DNA of 64,000 nucleotides, taken from positions 1,384 through 65,383 of the forward strand of contig CAYOEO010000001.1 in assembly GCA_964403125.1 (NCBI GenBank), read 5' to 3'. Shown in pieces: positions 34,491-44,702 of the stretch (position 1 is the first letter of the stretch; the number at the start of each line of letters is the position of its first letter). The DNA comes from an uncultured Pseudomonadales bacterium (GTDB lineage: Bacteria > Pseudomonadota > Gammaproteobacteria > Pseudomonadales > UBA7239). Below the pieces are notes generated by a model. The model saw nothing but the letters and a program-made list of their open reading frames with translations, searched no databases and was not told where the DNA came from. The position numbers and the translations under genes were made by a program.

Positions 34491-35426
34491 ATGAGTAAGC
34501 AACTGGCATTTGTTTTTTCTGGGCAGGGTTCGCAAAAAGTGGGGATGTTGTCTGAAATGGCAGCGGCATTTCCTATCGTGCAAAAAACCTTTGCCGAAGC
34601 ATCCGAAGTGTTGGGCTATGATTTGTGGAATCTCTGCCAAAAAGGTGAGCAAGAACAATTAAATGCGACGGAAACAACACAACCTTTGTTGCTGACATCC
34701 AGCGTTGCGCTGTGGCGTGTCTGGCAAGAAAAGCAGGGTAAAAAGCCAACTTTATTGGCGGGTCACAGTTTGGGTGAGTGGTCGGCTTTAGTTTGCGCGG
34801 ATGTCTTGGCTTTTGCTGATGCAGTCGATTTAGTGCGCAAGCGTGGCGCGTACATGCAAACGGCTGTGCCCAAAGGTGAAGGCAGCATGGCGGCAGTGTT
34901 AAATGTCGAAGATGAAAAGATTTTAGCAATTTGCAAAGAAGCGTCTGATTTGGGGGTTGTCGAAGCGGTGAATTTTAATTCGCCTGGACAAGTGGTTATT
35001 GCTGGACAAGTGGCGGCAGTGGATAAAGCTTCTGAGTTGTTAAAAGCGGCCGGTGCAAAACGCGTACTACCACTGCCAGTTAGCGCGCCTTTCCATACTT
35101 CATTGATGAAACCCGCTGCGGAAAATATGGCAAAACATATTGCTGCCACGGTTTTCCGCGCGCCGAGTATTCCCGTTGTTCACAATGTCAACGCAAAAAC
35201 TTCTGCCGATCCTGAAGCCATTAAAGCTTTGATGATTCAACAAATTGATCATCCAGTGTTGTGGGTGGATTGCGTGAAAGCACTGGCTAATGCTGGCATT
35301 CAGCAAGTGGTGGAGTGCGGCCCAGGTAAAGTGCTTTGCGGTCTTTGCACGCGTATCGAAAAAGACATGACGGCCTTTGGTATTGAAGATGTTGCGGGTT
35401 TAGAAAAAGCCTTGCTCGAAATTTAA
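34491..35426 (+). CDS. fabD: malonyl CoA-ACP transacylase
   Basis: 311 aa. FVFSGQGSQ, the active-site GHSLGEWSA and PVSAPFHT. Confidence 0.9.
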   Translation: MSKQLAFVFSGQGSQKVGMLSEMAAAFPIVQKTFAEASEVLGYDLWNLCQKGEQEQLNATETTQPLLLTSSVALWRVWQEKQGKKPTLLAGHSLGEWSALVCADVLAFADAVDLVRKRGAYMQTAVPKGEGSMAAVLNVEDEKILAICKEASDLGVVEAVNFNSPGQVVIAGQVAAVDKASELLKAAGAKRVLPLPVSAPFHTSLMKPAAENMAKHIAATVFRAPSIPVVHNVNAKTSADPEAIKALMIQQIDHPVLWVDCVKALANAGIQQVVECGPGKVLCGLCTRIEKDMTAFGIEDVAGLEKALLEI

Positions 35427-35450
35427 TTAAAGATTAACGAGGACTTTGAA

Positions 35451-36194
35451 ATGAGCATTGAAGGAAAAGTAGCATTAGTAACGGGCGCAAGTCGCGGTAT
35501 TGGTCGCGCTATTGCGGAAGCTCTAGCAAAAATGGGGGCTGTTGTTGTTGGTACGGCGACAAGCGAATCCGGTGCCACGGCGATTGCTGAGCGCTTAAAA
35601 ACTGATGGCTATAAAGGTGATGGCGTGGTTTTGAATGTCACTGATGCAAATTCTGTTGAAGCGGCAATCAAAGCCATCAACGAAAAATTTGGCAATATTG
35701 ACATTTTGGTGAACAACGCAGGTATCACTAAAGACAATATTTTGATGCGTATGAAAGATGAAGAATGGGACGATGTGATCGCCACTAATTTGACTTCAGT
35801 TTTTCGTTTGTCGCGCGCGTGTTTGCGCGGCATGACCAAAGCACGCTGGGGACGCATCATCAACATCAGCTCCGTTGTCGGTGAAATGGGCAACGCCGGT
35901 CAAAGCAATTACGCAGCGACGAAAGCGGGGGTTGCTGGTTTTGCGCGTGCCTTGGCGCGTGAAATTGGCTCGCGCAATATCACAGTGAACACGGTTGCGC
36001 CTGGATTTATCGATACCGACATGACGCATGTGTTACCAGAAGAGCAAAAACAAATGCTGTTGAATCAGATTCCGCTGGCGCGTTTGGGTAAACCAGAAGA
36101 AATTGCTGCCGTGGTGGCTTTCTTGGCTTCGGAGCCTGCGGGCTACATTACCGGCGAGACGATCCATGTCAACGGCGGGATGTACATGAGTTAA
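35451..36194 (+). CDS. fabG: 3-oxoacyl-ACP reductase
   Basis: 247 aa. TGASRGIGRAIA, NNAGIT, YAATKAG catalytic YxxxK. Conserved position after fabD. Confidence 0.9.
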   Translation: MSIEGKVALVTGASRGIGRAIAEALAKMGAVVVGTATSESGATAIAERLKTDGYKGDGVVLNVTDANSVEAAIKAINEKFGNIDILVNNAGITKDNILMRMKDEEWDDVIATNLTSVFRLSRACLRGMTKARWGRIINISSVVGEMGNAGQSNYAATKAGVAGFARALAREIGSRNITVNTVAPGFIDTDMTHVLPEEQKQMLLNQIPLARLGKPEEIAAVVAFLASEPAGYITGETIHVNGGMYMS

Positions 36195-36204
36195 GCCGAA
36201 AGGC

Positions 36205-36486
36205 TTACTCGTAAGTGCACAAATAAGCAGTATCGGCAGTAACCTTTAATTGAAATTTACTGTTTGCTGCCACTTCAAATGCATCTCCCGCATTGAAAGT
36301 TTGCCAAGTTTCATTGCCAGGAAGTTTGACCACTAATTGACCGCTCACTACAGTCATTACTTCTTTTTGGCTGGTGCCAAATTCATAGTCACCGGGTGCC
36401 ATTACACCGACAGTAGCTGGCAAGTTTTCACCTTGAAAGCCGATAGATTTTACTTTTCCATCAAAGTATTCGTTGACTTTTAACAT
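36205..36486 (-). CDS. ppnP: pyrimidine/purine nucleoside phosphorylase PpnP (YaiE/DUF1255)
   Basis: Track ORF trimmed to Met25. [17 protein letters not shown]...[12 protein letters not shown]...E.M.VVSG matches the roughly 93-aa cupin-like PpnP pattern. Confidence 0.8.
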   Translation of the reverse strand: MLKVNEYFDGKVKSIGFQGENLPATVGVMAPGDYEFGTSQKEVMTVVSGQLVVKLPGNETWQTFNAGDAFEVAANSKFQLKVTADTAYLCTYE

Positions 36487-36587
36487 GCTTGATTTCTCCT
36501 GATAATAAAACGGTAGGGATAAAACGGGTTGAGCAAAACAAATATATACTGGCGACATATTTTAACAGTTTGTTGAGGAAATCTTTT

Positions 36588-37073
36588 ATGCAAATCACTA
36601 AAGATTCTGTAGCTACTTTCCATTACCGTTTGACAGATCAGGGCGGTTCATTTGTCGAAGACTCACGCACTGAAGAACCGGTGGCATACCTGCACGGACA
36701 CGACAATATTTTGTCGGGTCTTGAAGAAGTGCTCGTCGGTAAAGCAGCGGGAGATTCCATTAGTGTGACACTGCCACCAGAGCGCGCTTACGGTGTGATT
36801 AACCCTCAGATGCAGCAGCGCATTTCCATCAAGTATCTGAAGTTCAACGGCAAGCTGAAAGCCGGTGATATTGCTTGGGTGGAAACACAAGAAGGTCCAC
36901 GCCAAGTCACGGTGGTCAAACCTGGCAAATTTATGGCAGAAGTGGATACCAATCATCCCTTGGCAGGAAAAACGCTGACTTTTGATATTGAAGTTGTTAG
37001 CGTGAGAGCTGCCACGGAAGAGGAAATTGCTCACGGGCATGCGCACGGCGAAGGCGGGCATCACCACGATTAG
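36588..37073 (+). CDS. slyD: FKBP-type peptidyl-prolyl isomerase SlyD with short His-rich tail
   Basis: Track ORF trimmed to Met34 (MQITKDSVATFHYRLTD...). Contains an IF-domain insert. C-terminus is HGHAHGEGGHHHD. Confidence 0.85.
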   Translation: MQITKDSVATFHYRLTDQGGSFVEDSRTEEPVAYLHGHDNILSGLEEVLVGKAAGDSISVTLPPERAYGVINPQMQQRISIKYLKFNGKLKAGDIAWVETQEGPRQVTVVKPGKFMAEVDTNHPLAGKTLTFDIEVVSVRAATEEEIAHGHAHGEGGHHHD

Positions 37074-37094
37074 GTGCAATTAGGAGAGATTACG

Positions 37095-40000
37095 ATGAAC
37101 AGCAAGGATTGGATGCAAAAAGTTCGTCAGTTGGCGTGTAAATATCGGCGCACACTTATCACACTCTCATCCATCTTTCTGCTGTATACCTTGCTCGGTT
37201 TTTTCTTTCTGCCTTGGTTTTTACAGCGCTATCTCACACACAGCTTTGCTGAAAATCTACAAAGAACGGTTGAAGTCAATAAAGTAAGGTTTAATCCTTT
37301 TCAAATTAAATTGCAGATTGAAGGATTCAAAATTGCAGATAAAGACAACACGGCATTGTTGTCTTTTGATTTGTTCAGTGCTGATTACAGTGTGTTGTCT
37401 ATTTTTCAATTGCGCTATGGCATCGAAAGCCTTGTCTTAGCAAAGCCCTATGTAAAATTGGATGCCAATGGCAAGGGCGGTTTTACGCTGCTGGATACGT
37501 TTGCCAATTTAGCCAGTGCAACACCAGAATCTCAAAAAGAAGAAAAGCCTGAGGTAGGTGCAGAACCGCCTGCGTTTTGGTTGGGAAATCTCAGTATTCA
37601 AGGCGGCGTGATTGACTATCGTGATGCCAGCCGCGCGGGAGGTTTTACGCAGAAAATTGATTTGCCTGCTGTGTCGATCAATGATTTTTATACCAAGAAA
37701 CGTGAGCACGCCAATCAATTTGAATTAGAAATCAGCGATACGCGCGGTGGTACTGTGCAACTGAGCGCCGTGTTAGAAAGTCTGAAACCGTTGCAGTTAG
37801 ATGGTCACCTCGCCATTGATAATGTGGATTTAGCGCCCGCTTGGCAGTGGTTGATGCTGCCTGTCAATTTCAACTTAAAAGCGCCGCATCTTGCTTTCAA
37901 AACTCAGTTTTCGGTAAAAGCATCCAATGTTTTAGACTTTCAGGCAATCAACACTTCGCTGGCATTAAAAGATCTGAGCATTTACAGTAAAGATAACGCT
38001 GATGTGCCGGTGATTCAGCTTCCTTCACTGGCTGTCAATGATGCTAGCGTGAATCTTGTGCAGCAATCGGTTGTGGTCGGCGGTTTCCAAGCAGATAACG
38101 GCGTGATCAATGTAGTGCTGGATAAACAAGGTGTAGCCAATTTACAAACTTTATTTGCGTCGCCAGCCGCTGAACAGCAAACAACAACACCTGCATCCAC
38201 TGCGGCGCAGCCATCACCTGATCCAGCTCAAGCTACAGCAGCAGCGAAAGCTTCCCCATCAAAACCGTGGGATGTGTTGATTCATAAAATTCGTTTTGAT
38301 AATTACACCATCAATATTCGCGATGAAAAACCAGCGCAAGCGTTAGCTCTGAGTTTGGCGCCGTTATCTATCTCACTTGATGAGTGGAAACCTTTGTCTC
38401 CTGATAAATTTTCCGTGCAAATTCAAACTGGTATTGCGGGAGAAAAAATCCCGCAAGCAGGGCAGCTACAAATCAACACACAGTTGCAGTTGACGCCGTT
38501 AGTGGCGGATACGCAAATCAAACTGGATAAGTTCCAACTGCCACTGATACAACCCTATGTGCAAGATGCAGTGCGTGTACAGATCAAAAATGGTCAGTTA
38601 AACGCAGCTTTGGAGGTGCATTTTGAAGCAGCGGATAAACCTATTGTTGGCATTAAAGGTGTGTCAAATATTCAGCAATTGTTAGTGCAAGCGTTGAACA
38701 GTGATAAAAAACTCTTGCAGTGGAATGCACTGGATATTGCAGGGCTGTCTTTTCAGTTGCCCAATAACAGCTTAAGTATTGATAAAGTCATTTTAGATAA
38801 ACCAGAAACGGGTTTTGTTATTAATGCTGATGGCTCAACCAATATCCAACAGATGCTGATTGCGTCAACAAAACCTGAACCTAATAAAAAGCTCAATCCT
38901 ACAAAAGCATCCACATCAAAAGCAGAAAAAGCGCCTGCACCTATGCAGTTAGCCATTGGCAGTATCAATATCAACAACGCCAATTTAGGTTTTGCGGATA
39001 TGACCATGAAGCCCAATTTCAAAGTGGCAATGAGCCAGTTGTCAGGCTCCATTAAAGGACTTTCTTCCAATCCTAAAACACAGGCTAGTATTGATTTAAA
39101 AGGCAAGGTGGATCGCTACGCTCCTGTCATTATTGCGGGGAAAATGAATCCGCTAGCGGTCAAACCGAGCTTGGATGCTCACATGGCATTTAAGAATTTA
39201 GAACTCACGACATTCACACCGTACTCTGGTACTTATGCGGGCTTCAAGATTAAAAAAGGACAATTGTCGCTCGATATTAATTACCAATTGGTTGACAACA
39301 AAATTCAAGGCAAAAATAAAATTGTCATGAATCAATTTCAGTTGGGTGAATCAGTGCAAAGCCCTAAAGCAATGGATTTGCCATTGCGTTTGGCGATTGC
39401 ACTGCTGCGTGATGAGAATGGTGTGATTGATTTAGGCTTTGAGGTTGGTGGCGATCTTAACGATCCACAATTTTCTATCGGTGGTATTTTGTGGAAAGTC
39501 TTGAGTAATATGGTGATGAAAGTGGTGACATCGCCCTTCAAAGCTATTGCGTCCTTGGCGGGCGGCGGTGCCGATGCAGAGGGTGTCGATAAAATTGATT
39601 TTGCAGCAGGGCAATCACAATTGGATGCCGCTTCACTTGGTAAACTAAAAACCGCAGCCGGGTTGCTCAACAAGCGTAGTAATTTGCGCATCACAGTACA
39701 AGGTAATAGCTTGCCGGATGCGGATCGCGCTGCACTGCAAGATAGAAAGTTAGCTAATATTTTGAAGCAGGATAGTGATGCACCCATCGAAACCTATTTG
39801 TCTGCTTCGGCGGCTGTTGATGATGGCAGCGCGTATCGCGCGTTGAATCGCTATTACAAAAAATCACACAAAGAGGATTTGGGTGATTTGCAAGATAAGA
39901 TTGAGGCAGAGCTAAAAGCAAAGGATGAAAAGCCTGATAGCGACACTTTAAAGCGCATGGCTTACGAGCAAGCATGGAAATCAGAGCGCGACAAAATTGA

Positions 40001-40169
40001 AGTCAAAGATGATGAGTTGAGACAGTTGGCGCTTGAGCGCGCGACACAAATTAAATCGGCTCTGGTAGAACAAAACGGTGTTGTGCCAGAGCGCGTCTTT
40101 GTTTTGGATGTGAACTCTGATCCAGAGAAAGTATCATTGACGACTGCTTTGTCTCTGGATGTGAATTAA
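37095..40169 (+). CDS. large envelope protein, DUF748/AsmA-like
   Basis: About 1024 aa from ATG 37095. A single N-terminal TM (LITLSSIFLLYTLLGFFFLPWFL) is followed by a long predicted beta-rich region. The overall look matches DUF748 proteins as I recall them. Family assignment not verified. Confidence 0.6.
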   Translation: MNSKDWMQKVRQLACKYRRTLITLSSIFLLYTLLGFFFLPWFLQRYLTHSFAENLQRTVEVNKVRFNPFQIKLQIEGFKIADKDNTALLSFDLFSADYSVLSIFQLRYGIESLVLAKPYVKLDANGKGGFTLLDTFANLASATPESQKEEKPEVGAEPPAFWLGNLSIQGGVIDYRDASRAGGFTQKIDLPAVSINDFYTKKREHANQFELEISDTRGGTVQLSAVLESLKPLQLDGHLAIDNVDLAPAWQWLMLPVNFNLKAPHLAFKTQFSVKASNVLDFQAINTSLALKDLSIYSKDNADVPVIQLPSLAVNDASVNLVQQSVVVGGFQADNGVINVVLDKQGVANLQTLFASPAAEQQTTTPASTAAQPSPDPAQATAAAKASPSKPWDVLIHKIRFDNYTINIRDEKPAQALALSLAPLSISLDEWKPLSPDKFSVQIQTGIAGEKIPQAGQLQINTQLQLTPLVADTQIKLDKFQLPLIQPYVQDAVRVQIKNGQLNAALEVHFEAADKPIVGIKGVSNIQQLLVQALNSDKKLLQWNALDIAGLSFQLPNNSLSIDKVILDKPETGFVINADGSTNIQQMLIASTKPEPNKKLNPTKASTSKAEKAPAPMQLAIGSININNANLGFADMTMKPNFKVAMSQLSGSIKGLSSNPKTQASIDLKGKVDRYAPVIIAGKMNPLAVKPSLDAHMAFKNLELTTFTPYSGTYAGFKIKKGQLSLDINYQLVDNKIQGKNKIVMNQFQLGESVQSPKAMDLPLRLAIALLRDENGVIDLGFEVGGDLNDPQFSIGGILWKVLSNMVMKVVTSPFKAIASLAGGGADAEGVDKIDFAAGQSQLDAASLGKLKTAAGLLNKRSNLRITVQGNSLPDADRAALQDRKLANILKQDSDAPIETYLSASAAVDDGSAYRALNRYYKKSHKEDLGDLQDKIEAELKAKDEKPDSDTLKRMAYEQAWKSERDKIEVKDDELRQLALERATQIKSALVEQNGVVPERVFVLDVNSDPEKVSLTTALSLDVN

Positions 40170-40175
40170 CTTTCC

Positions 40176-42374
40176 CTATTGTGCCGCCGCTTTCAACTCA
40201 CGACGGCGGCGGTGCAATACCGGCTCGGTGTAGCCATTCGGTTGATGCACGCCACCAAACACCAACTCACACGCCGCTTGAAACGCCACGGATTCATCGA
40301 AGTTGGGTGACATATTGCGATAGTTAGGATCGCCCGCATTTTGACGATCAACTACTACAGCCATGCGTTTGAAAGTTTCCAACACTTGTACGCGTTTGCA
40401 GAAATCGTGACGCAACCAGTTGGCGATGTGTTGGCTGGAAATACGCAGCGTGGCGCGGTCTTCCATCAAACCAATATCGTTAATGTCAGGCACTTTTGAA
40501 CAGCCGACACCTTGATCGATCCAACGCACCACATAGCCGAGAATACTCTGGCAGTTGTTATTCAGTTCTTGCTGAATTTCTTCGTCACTCAATTTGGCAT
40601 CACCCAATAATGGCAATGTAAGAATGTCATCGAGACTGGCGCGCGTGCGATTTTTCAATTCGGTTTGACGCTCAAACACATTTACTTTGTGATAGTGCAT
40701 AGCGTGTAAGGTTGCAGCAGTGGGAGAGGGAACCCAAGCAGTGTTCGCGCCCGCCATGGGATGTGCAATTTTGGTGGCGACCATTTCTTTCATCAAATCG
40801 GGCATTGCCCACATGCCTTTGCCAATTTGTGCTTTGCCAGAAAGCCCGCACGCTAAGCCGATATCGACATTCCAATTTTCGTAGGCGCTGATCCATGGTT
40901 TTTGTTTCATTTCATTTTTTCGCACCATCACGCCGGCTTCCATCGAAGTGTGAATTTCATCGCCGGTGCGATCTAAAAAGCCGGTGTTGATAAAAATGAC
41001 GCGCTCTTTCGCGGCACGAATACATTCTTTTAAGTTGACCGTAGTGCGGCGCTCTTCATCCATGATGCCAATTTTGACAGTGTTGCGCGCCAAACCGAGC
41101 GCGTGTTCCACACGACCAAAAATTTCGCACGCAAATGCTACTTCTTCAGGGCCGTGCATTTTTGGTTTGACGATATAAACAGAATTGGTGCGCGAGTTTT
41201 TGCGCGTGCCTTTTTCTTTTAGATCGTGCATGGCGATGGCAACGGTAATCATCGCGTCCAAAATGCCTTCTGGCACTTCTTCGCCTTTTAACAGCACAGC
41301 TTCGTTGGTCATCAAATGGCCGACATTGCGCACCAACATTAAAGCGCGACCGTGCAGCGTAATCGGCTCGCCTTTCGGGTTGAGCGCGTGCAAATCGGGC
41401 GCGAGCGTGCGTGTCACTTCTTTGCCATTTTTCAAAAAGGTATCGACCAGCGTGCCTTTCATTAAGCCCAGCCAGTTGCGATAAATTTCCGTTTTGTCTT
41501 CGCCATCTACAGCGGCAACAGAATCTTCGCAGTCTTGAATGGTGGTGATGGCGGATTCCAGCGCCACATCTTTGATGTGCGCAGGATCGTCGCGCCCAAC
41601 AACGTGTTCCGCATCAATTTGAATGTCGATGTAAAGACCGTTGTTGCGCAATAAAACATGTGACGGATTGGACGGATTGCCGTCGGTATTGCGAAACCAG
41701 TAGCCAGCAAATTGCTCTGGTTTTTTCAGAGCCGTTTTGTTGCCGTTGTTTAAAGTGACTTCTAACTGTGCGTTGATGATGGCGTATTTCACCGCATCGG
41801 CGTGCGAGCCTTGTGCCAACGGTGCCACTTCATCGAGAAATTGACGCACATAAGCAATAACTTTCGCGCCGCGCACAGGGTTGTAATTGTTGCCGCGCTC
41901 GCAGCCATCGGCTTCGTCTATCACATCGGTGCCGTACAGTGCGTCGTACAACGAACCCCAACGCGCATTGGCTGCGTTCAGTGCGTAGCGTGCATTTTTT
42001 ACTGGCACGACCAATTGCGGGCCAGCGAGCGTGGCGATCTCTTCATCGACATGCCCCGTGGTAATGCTGAAATCAGCACCTTCTGGCATCAAGTAACCAA
42101 TTTTTTCCAAGAAGGCTTTGTATTTGTCGTGATCGTGAGGTTTATCGCAATGTGATTGATGCCAAGTGTCGATTTGTTTTTGCAGCGTATTGCGTTTGTC
42201 GAGCAGGATATTGTTCTTCGGGCCGAGGTCCATCACGATCGATTCAAATGCGCTCCAAAACTCTTCGGTGTTGATATCGAGATCCGGCAACACTTCATCC
42301 GCCACCAAGTGATAAAGCGGTTCAGCAATTTGCAAATTGCCTTGAGAAATACGGGGCGTGGAGTGATTGCTCAT
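40176..42374 (-). CDS. glcB: malate synthase G
   Basis: Track ORF trimmed to Met41 ([21 protein letters not shown]...), about 732 aa. This is MSG size, with family segments ([46 protein letters not shown]). Confidence 0.9.
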   Translation of the reverse strand: MSNHSTPRISQGNLQIAEPLYHLVADEVLPDLDINTEEFWSAFESIVMDLGPKNNILLDKRNTLQKQIDTWHQSHCDKPHDHDKYKAFLEKIGYLMPEGADFSITTGHVDEEIATLAGPQLVVPVKNARYALNAANARWGSLYDALYGTDVIDEADGCERGNNYNPVRGAKVIAYVRQFLDEVAPLAQGSHADAVKYAIINAQLEVTLNNGNKTALKKPEQFAGYWFRNTDGNPSNPSHVLLRNNGLYIDIQIDAEHVVGRDDPAHIKDVALESAITTIQDCEDSVAAVDGEDKTEIYRNWLGLMKGTLVDTFLKNGKEVTRTLAPDLHALNPKGEPITLHGRALMLVRNVGHLMTNEAVLLKGEEVPEGILDAMITVAIAMHDLKEKGTRKNSRTNSVYIVKPKMHGPEEVAFACEIFGRVEHALGLARNTVKIGIMDEERRTTVNLKECIRAAKERVIFINTGFLDRTGDEIHTSMEAGVMVRKNEMKQKPWISAYENWNVDIGLACGLSGKAQIGKGMWAMPDLMKEMVATKIAHPMAGANTAWVPSPTAATLHAMHYHKVNVFERQTELKNRTRASLDDILTLPLLGDAKLSDEEIQQELNNNCQSILGYVVRWIDQGVGCSKVPDINDIGLMEDRATLRISSQHIANWLRHDFCKRVQVLETFKRMAVVVDRQNAGDPNYRNMSPNFDESVAFQAACELVFGGVHQPNGYTEPVLHRRRRELKAAAQ

Positions 42375-42532
42375 AGTGGGAGACTCATGTTTCAAAGGGG
42401 AAAATGCAGAAAAACAGGCTATTTCTGTGTTGCGCGCATGATAGCAGAGCGTGTTGTAAAAATACTTCACGGCACTGCGGCAAAAAAGCGGCAAAACCGC
42501 AGTTTTGGGTAGAAAAATCAGCGTCGAATCCC

Positions 42533-42538
42533 TAGAAT
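42533..42538 (+). promoter_or_regulatory. possible -10 element (TAGAAT + GC-rich discriminator) for aceA
   Basis: ccTAGAATGCCGCCTCC lies 43 nt upstream of the ATG at 42581. The -35 is weak (TAGAAA). Confidence 0.35.
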
Positions 42539-42580
42539 GCCGCCTCCTTTCACCACCCCTGAACCTTGCTGGAGACCACC

Positions 42581-43918
42581 ATGTCCATCGGTAATTATGA
42601 CCGCGATGCTGAGATTGCCCGCCTGAAAAAAGATTGGGCAGAAAACCCTCGTTGGAAAGGCGTTACTCGTCCATATTCTGCTGAAGATGTTGTGCGTCTG
42701 CGCGGCTCAATCAAAGTGGAAAACACCATTGCAAAACGCGGTGCCGAGAAGTTGTGGGAGATGGTGACTAAAGGCGCTAAGCCTGCTTTCCGTCCGGAAA
42801 AAGATTTCGTGAACTGCATGGGTGCTTTGACTGGCGGCCAAGCGGTACAACAAGCCAAAGCGGGTGTTCAGGCGATTTACTTGTCTGGCTGGCAGGTTGC
42901 GGCAGACAATAACTCTGCTTCTACCATGTACCCAGACCAATCTTTGTACCCTGTTGATTCGGTGCCTGCTGTCGTCAAGCGCATCAACAACAGCTTCAAA
43001 CGCGCTGACCAAATCCAGTGGAAAGCCGGTTTGAAACCAGGCGATGCGGGCTATGTGGATTACTTCCTGCCTATCGTGGCTGATGCTGAAGCGGGTTTCG
43101 GTGGCGTATTGAATGCTTATGAATTGATGCGTTCCATGATTGAAGCGGGCGCAGCGGGTGTGCACTTTGAAGATCAGCTGGCTTCTGTAAAAAAATGCGG
43201 CCACATGGGCGGCAAAGTATTGGTGCCTACGCAAGAGGCGGTGCAAAAATTGGTCGCTGCGCGTTTGGCGGCAGATGTGGCTGATGTGCCAACTATCGTA
43301 TTGGCACGCACTGACGCTAATGCGGCGGATTTGTTGACGTCTGATTTTGATCCAAACGACAAACCGTTTGTGCATGGTGATCGCACGGCTGAAGGTTTCT
43401 ACCGCACGCGCGCAGGTATCGAGCAGGCCATCAGCCGTGGTTTGGCTTACGCACCGTATGCTGATTTGTTGTGGTGTGAAACAGCAAAACCAGATTTGGA
43501 AGAAGCGAAAGTTTTTGCTGAAGCGATCAGAAAACAATATCCCGATCAAATGTTGGCGTACAACTGCTCGCCATCTTTCAACTGGAAGAAAAATATTGAC
43601 GATGCCACCATCGCCAAATTCCAGCGCGAATTGTCGGCGATGGGTTACAAATACCAGTTCATCACTTTGGCTGGCATTCACAACATGTGGCACAGCATGT
43701 TCCAGCTTGCATATGCTTATGCGCGTGAAGACATGACTGCTTATGTTGAAATGGTGCAAGAGCCTGAATTTGCTGCACGCGACAAAGGTTACACTTTCGT
43801 TGCTCACCAGCAAGAAGTTGGCACCGGTTATTTCGATGACATGACTACCGTGATTCAAGGTGGCGCATCATCGGTTACTGCGTTGACTGGCTCTACGGAA
43901 GAAGAACAGTTTCATTGA
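42581..43918 (+). CDS. aceA: isocitrate lyase
   Basis: Track ORF trimmed to Met6 ([19 protein letters not shown]), 445 aa. Catalytic KKCGHMGGK motif. Confidence 0.9.
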   Translation: MSIGNYDRDAEIARLKKDWAENPRWKGVTRPYSAEDVVRLRGSIKVENTIAKRGAEKLWEMVTKGAKPAFRPEKDFVNCMGALTGGQAVQQAKAGVQAIYLSGWQVAADNNSASTMYPDQSLYPVDSVPAVVKRINNSFKRADQIQWKAGLKPGDAGYVDYFLPIVADAEAGFGGVLNAYELMRSMIEAGAAGVHFEDQLASVKKCGHMGGKVLVPTQEAVQKLVAARLAADVADVPTIVLARTDANAADLLTSDFDPNDKPFVHGDRTAEGFYRTRAGIEQAISRGLAYAPYADLLWCETAKPDLEEAKVFAEAIRKQYPDQMLAYNCSPSFNWKKNIDDATIAKFQRELSAMGYKYQFITLAGIHNMWHSMFQLAYAYAREDMTAYVEMVQEPEFAARDKGYTFVAHQQEVGTGYFDDMTTVIQGGASSVTALTGSTEEEQFH

Positions 43919-43936
43919 TTCGTTATCAATGAGAGC

Positions 43937-43968
43937 AAAAAAGCCCGCTGTTTATGCGGGTTTTTTTA
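43937..43968 (+). terminator. rho-independent terminator
   Basis: AAAAAAGCCCGC-tgtttat-GCGGGTTTTTTT begins 19 nt after the aceA stop. Confidence 0.8.
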
Positions 43969-44056
43969 TGCCATAAAAATAGGTTTGCACTTGCAATCAC
44001 CGCTAAAAAGCCAATACTGACAGCCCCATTTGTCGTTGTATTTAAGGAGACACCTC

Positions 44057-44635
44057 ATGGCTTTCGAACTTCCTGCACTGCCTTATGCAAAAGATGCACT
44101 GGCTCCTCATATCTCAGCCGAGACGCTGGATTTCCACTACAGCAAACACCATCAGGCTTATGTCACTAACTTGAACAACTTGGTGCCGGGCACCGAGTTT
44201 GAAGGCAAGAGCCTTGAAGACATCATCAAATCTTCTGCTGGCGGCGTGTATAACAACGCGGCGCAAATTTGGAACCACACTTTTTATTGGAACTGTATGA
44301 AGCCAAACGGCGGCGGTGAGCCAAGCGGCGCACTGGCGGATGCCATCAACAAGGCTTATGGTTCATTTGCAGCGTTCAAAGAAAAATTCAGCACGATGGC
44401 TGTGGGCAACTTCGGTTCTGCATGGACTTGGTTGGTGAAAAATGCTGATGGCTCGGTTGAGATCGTTAATATGGGCGCAGCAGGCAATCCGTTGACTGAA
44501 GGTAAGAAACCACTGCTGACTTGCGATGTGTGGGAACACGCTTACTACATCGACTATCGCAATGCGCGTGCGAAATATGTGGAGTCTTTCTGGAATTTGG
44601 TTAACTGGGATTTTGTTGCTAAAAACTTCGCGTGA
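44057..44635 (+). CDS. sodB: Fe-type superoxide dismutase
   Basis: Track ORF trimmed to Met10 (MAFELPALPYAKDALAPHISAETLDFHYSKHH), 192 aa. DVWEHAYYIDYRN C-terminal motif. Confidence 0.9.
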   Translation: MAFELPALPYAKDALAPHISAETLDFHYSKHHQAYVTNLNNLVPGTEFEGKSLEDIIKSSAGGVYNNAAQIWNHTFYWNCMKPNGGGEPSGALADAINKAYGSFAAFKEKFSTMAVGNFGSAWTWLVKNADGSVEIVNMGAAGNPLTEGKKPLLTCDVWEHAYYIDYRNARAKYVESFWNLVNWDFVAKNFA

Positions 44636-44655
44636 TACTTCTTCGTATCCGTCAT

Positions 44656-44687
44656 AAAACGCTCCTTTTTAGGGGCGTTTTTTTTAT
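44656..44687 (+). terminator. rho-independent terminator
   Basis: AACGCTCC-ttttta-GGGGCGTT followed by TTTTTT begins about 22 nt after the sodB stop. Confidence 0.75.
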
Positions 44688-44702
44688 CACTGAGAGTGCT
44701 TT

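Noticed and set aside
40183-40210. Hairpin GCCGCCG-N14-CGGCGGC as a stand-alone terminator feature
   Set aside because: It lies inside the glcB coding 3' end (the Arg/Ala codons of ...[11 protein letters not shown]), has a large loop and has no T-run on the plus strand. It is mentioned only as a possibility under the convergent-overlap finding.
42707-43858. 383-aa minus-strand ORF inside the aceA region
   Set aside because: It is antisense to an unmistakable isocitrate lyase (KKCGH motif, full length). Its translation is His/Arg/Phe-rich with no recognisable family. This is a typical shadow ORF.
43991-44018. Possible sodB promoter TTGCAA-N16-AATACT
   Set aside because: The -10 match is only partial (4/6), the spacing is not ideal, and no supporting conservation is available. 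Too weak to list as a feature.
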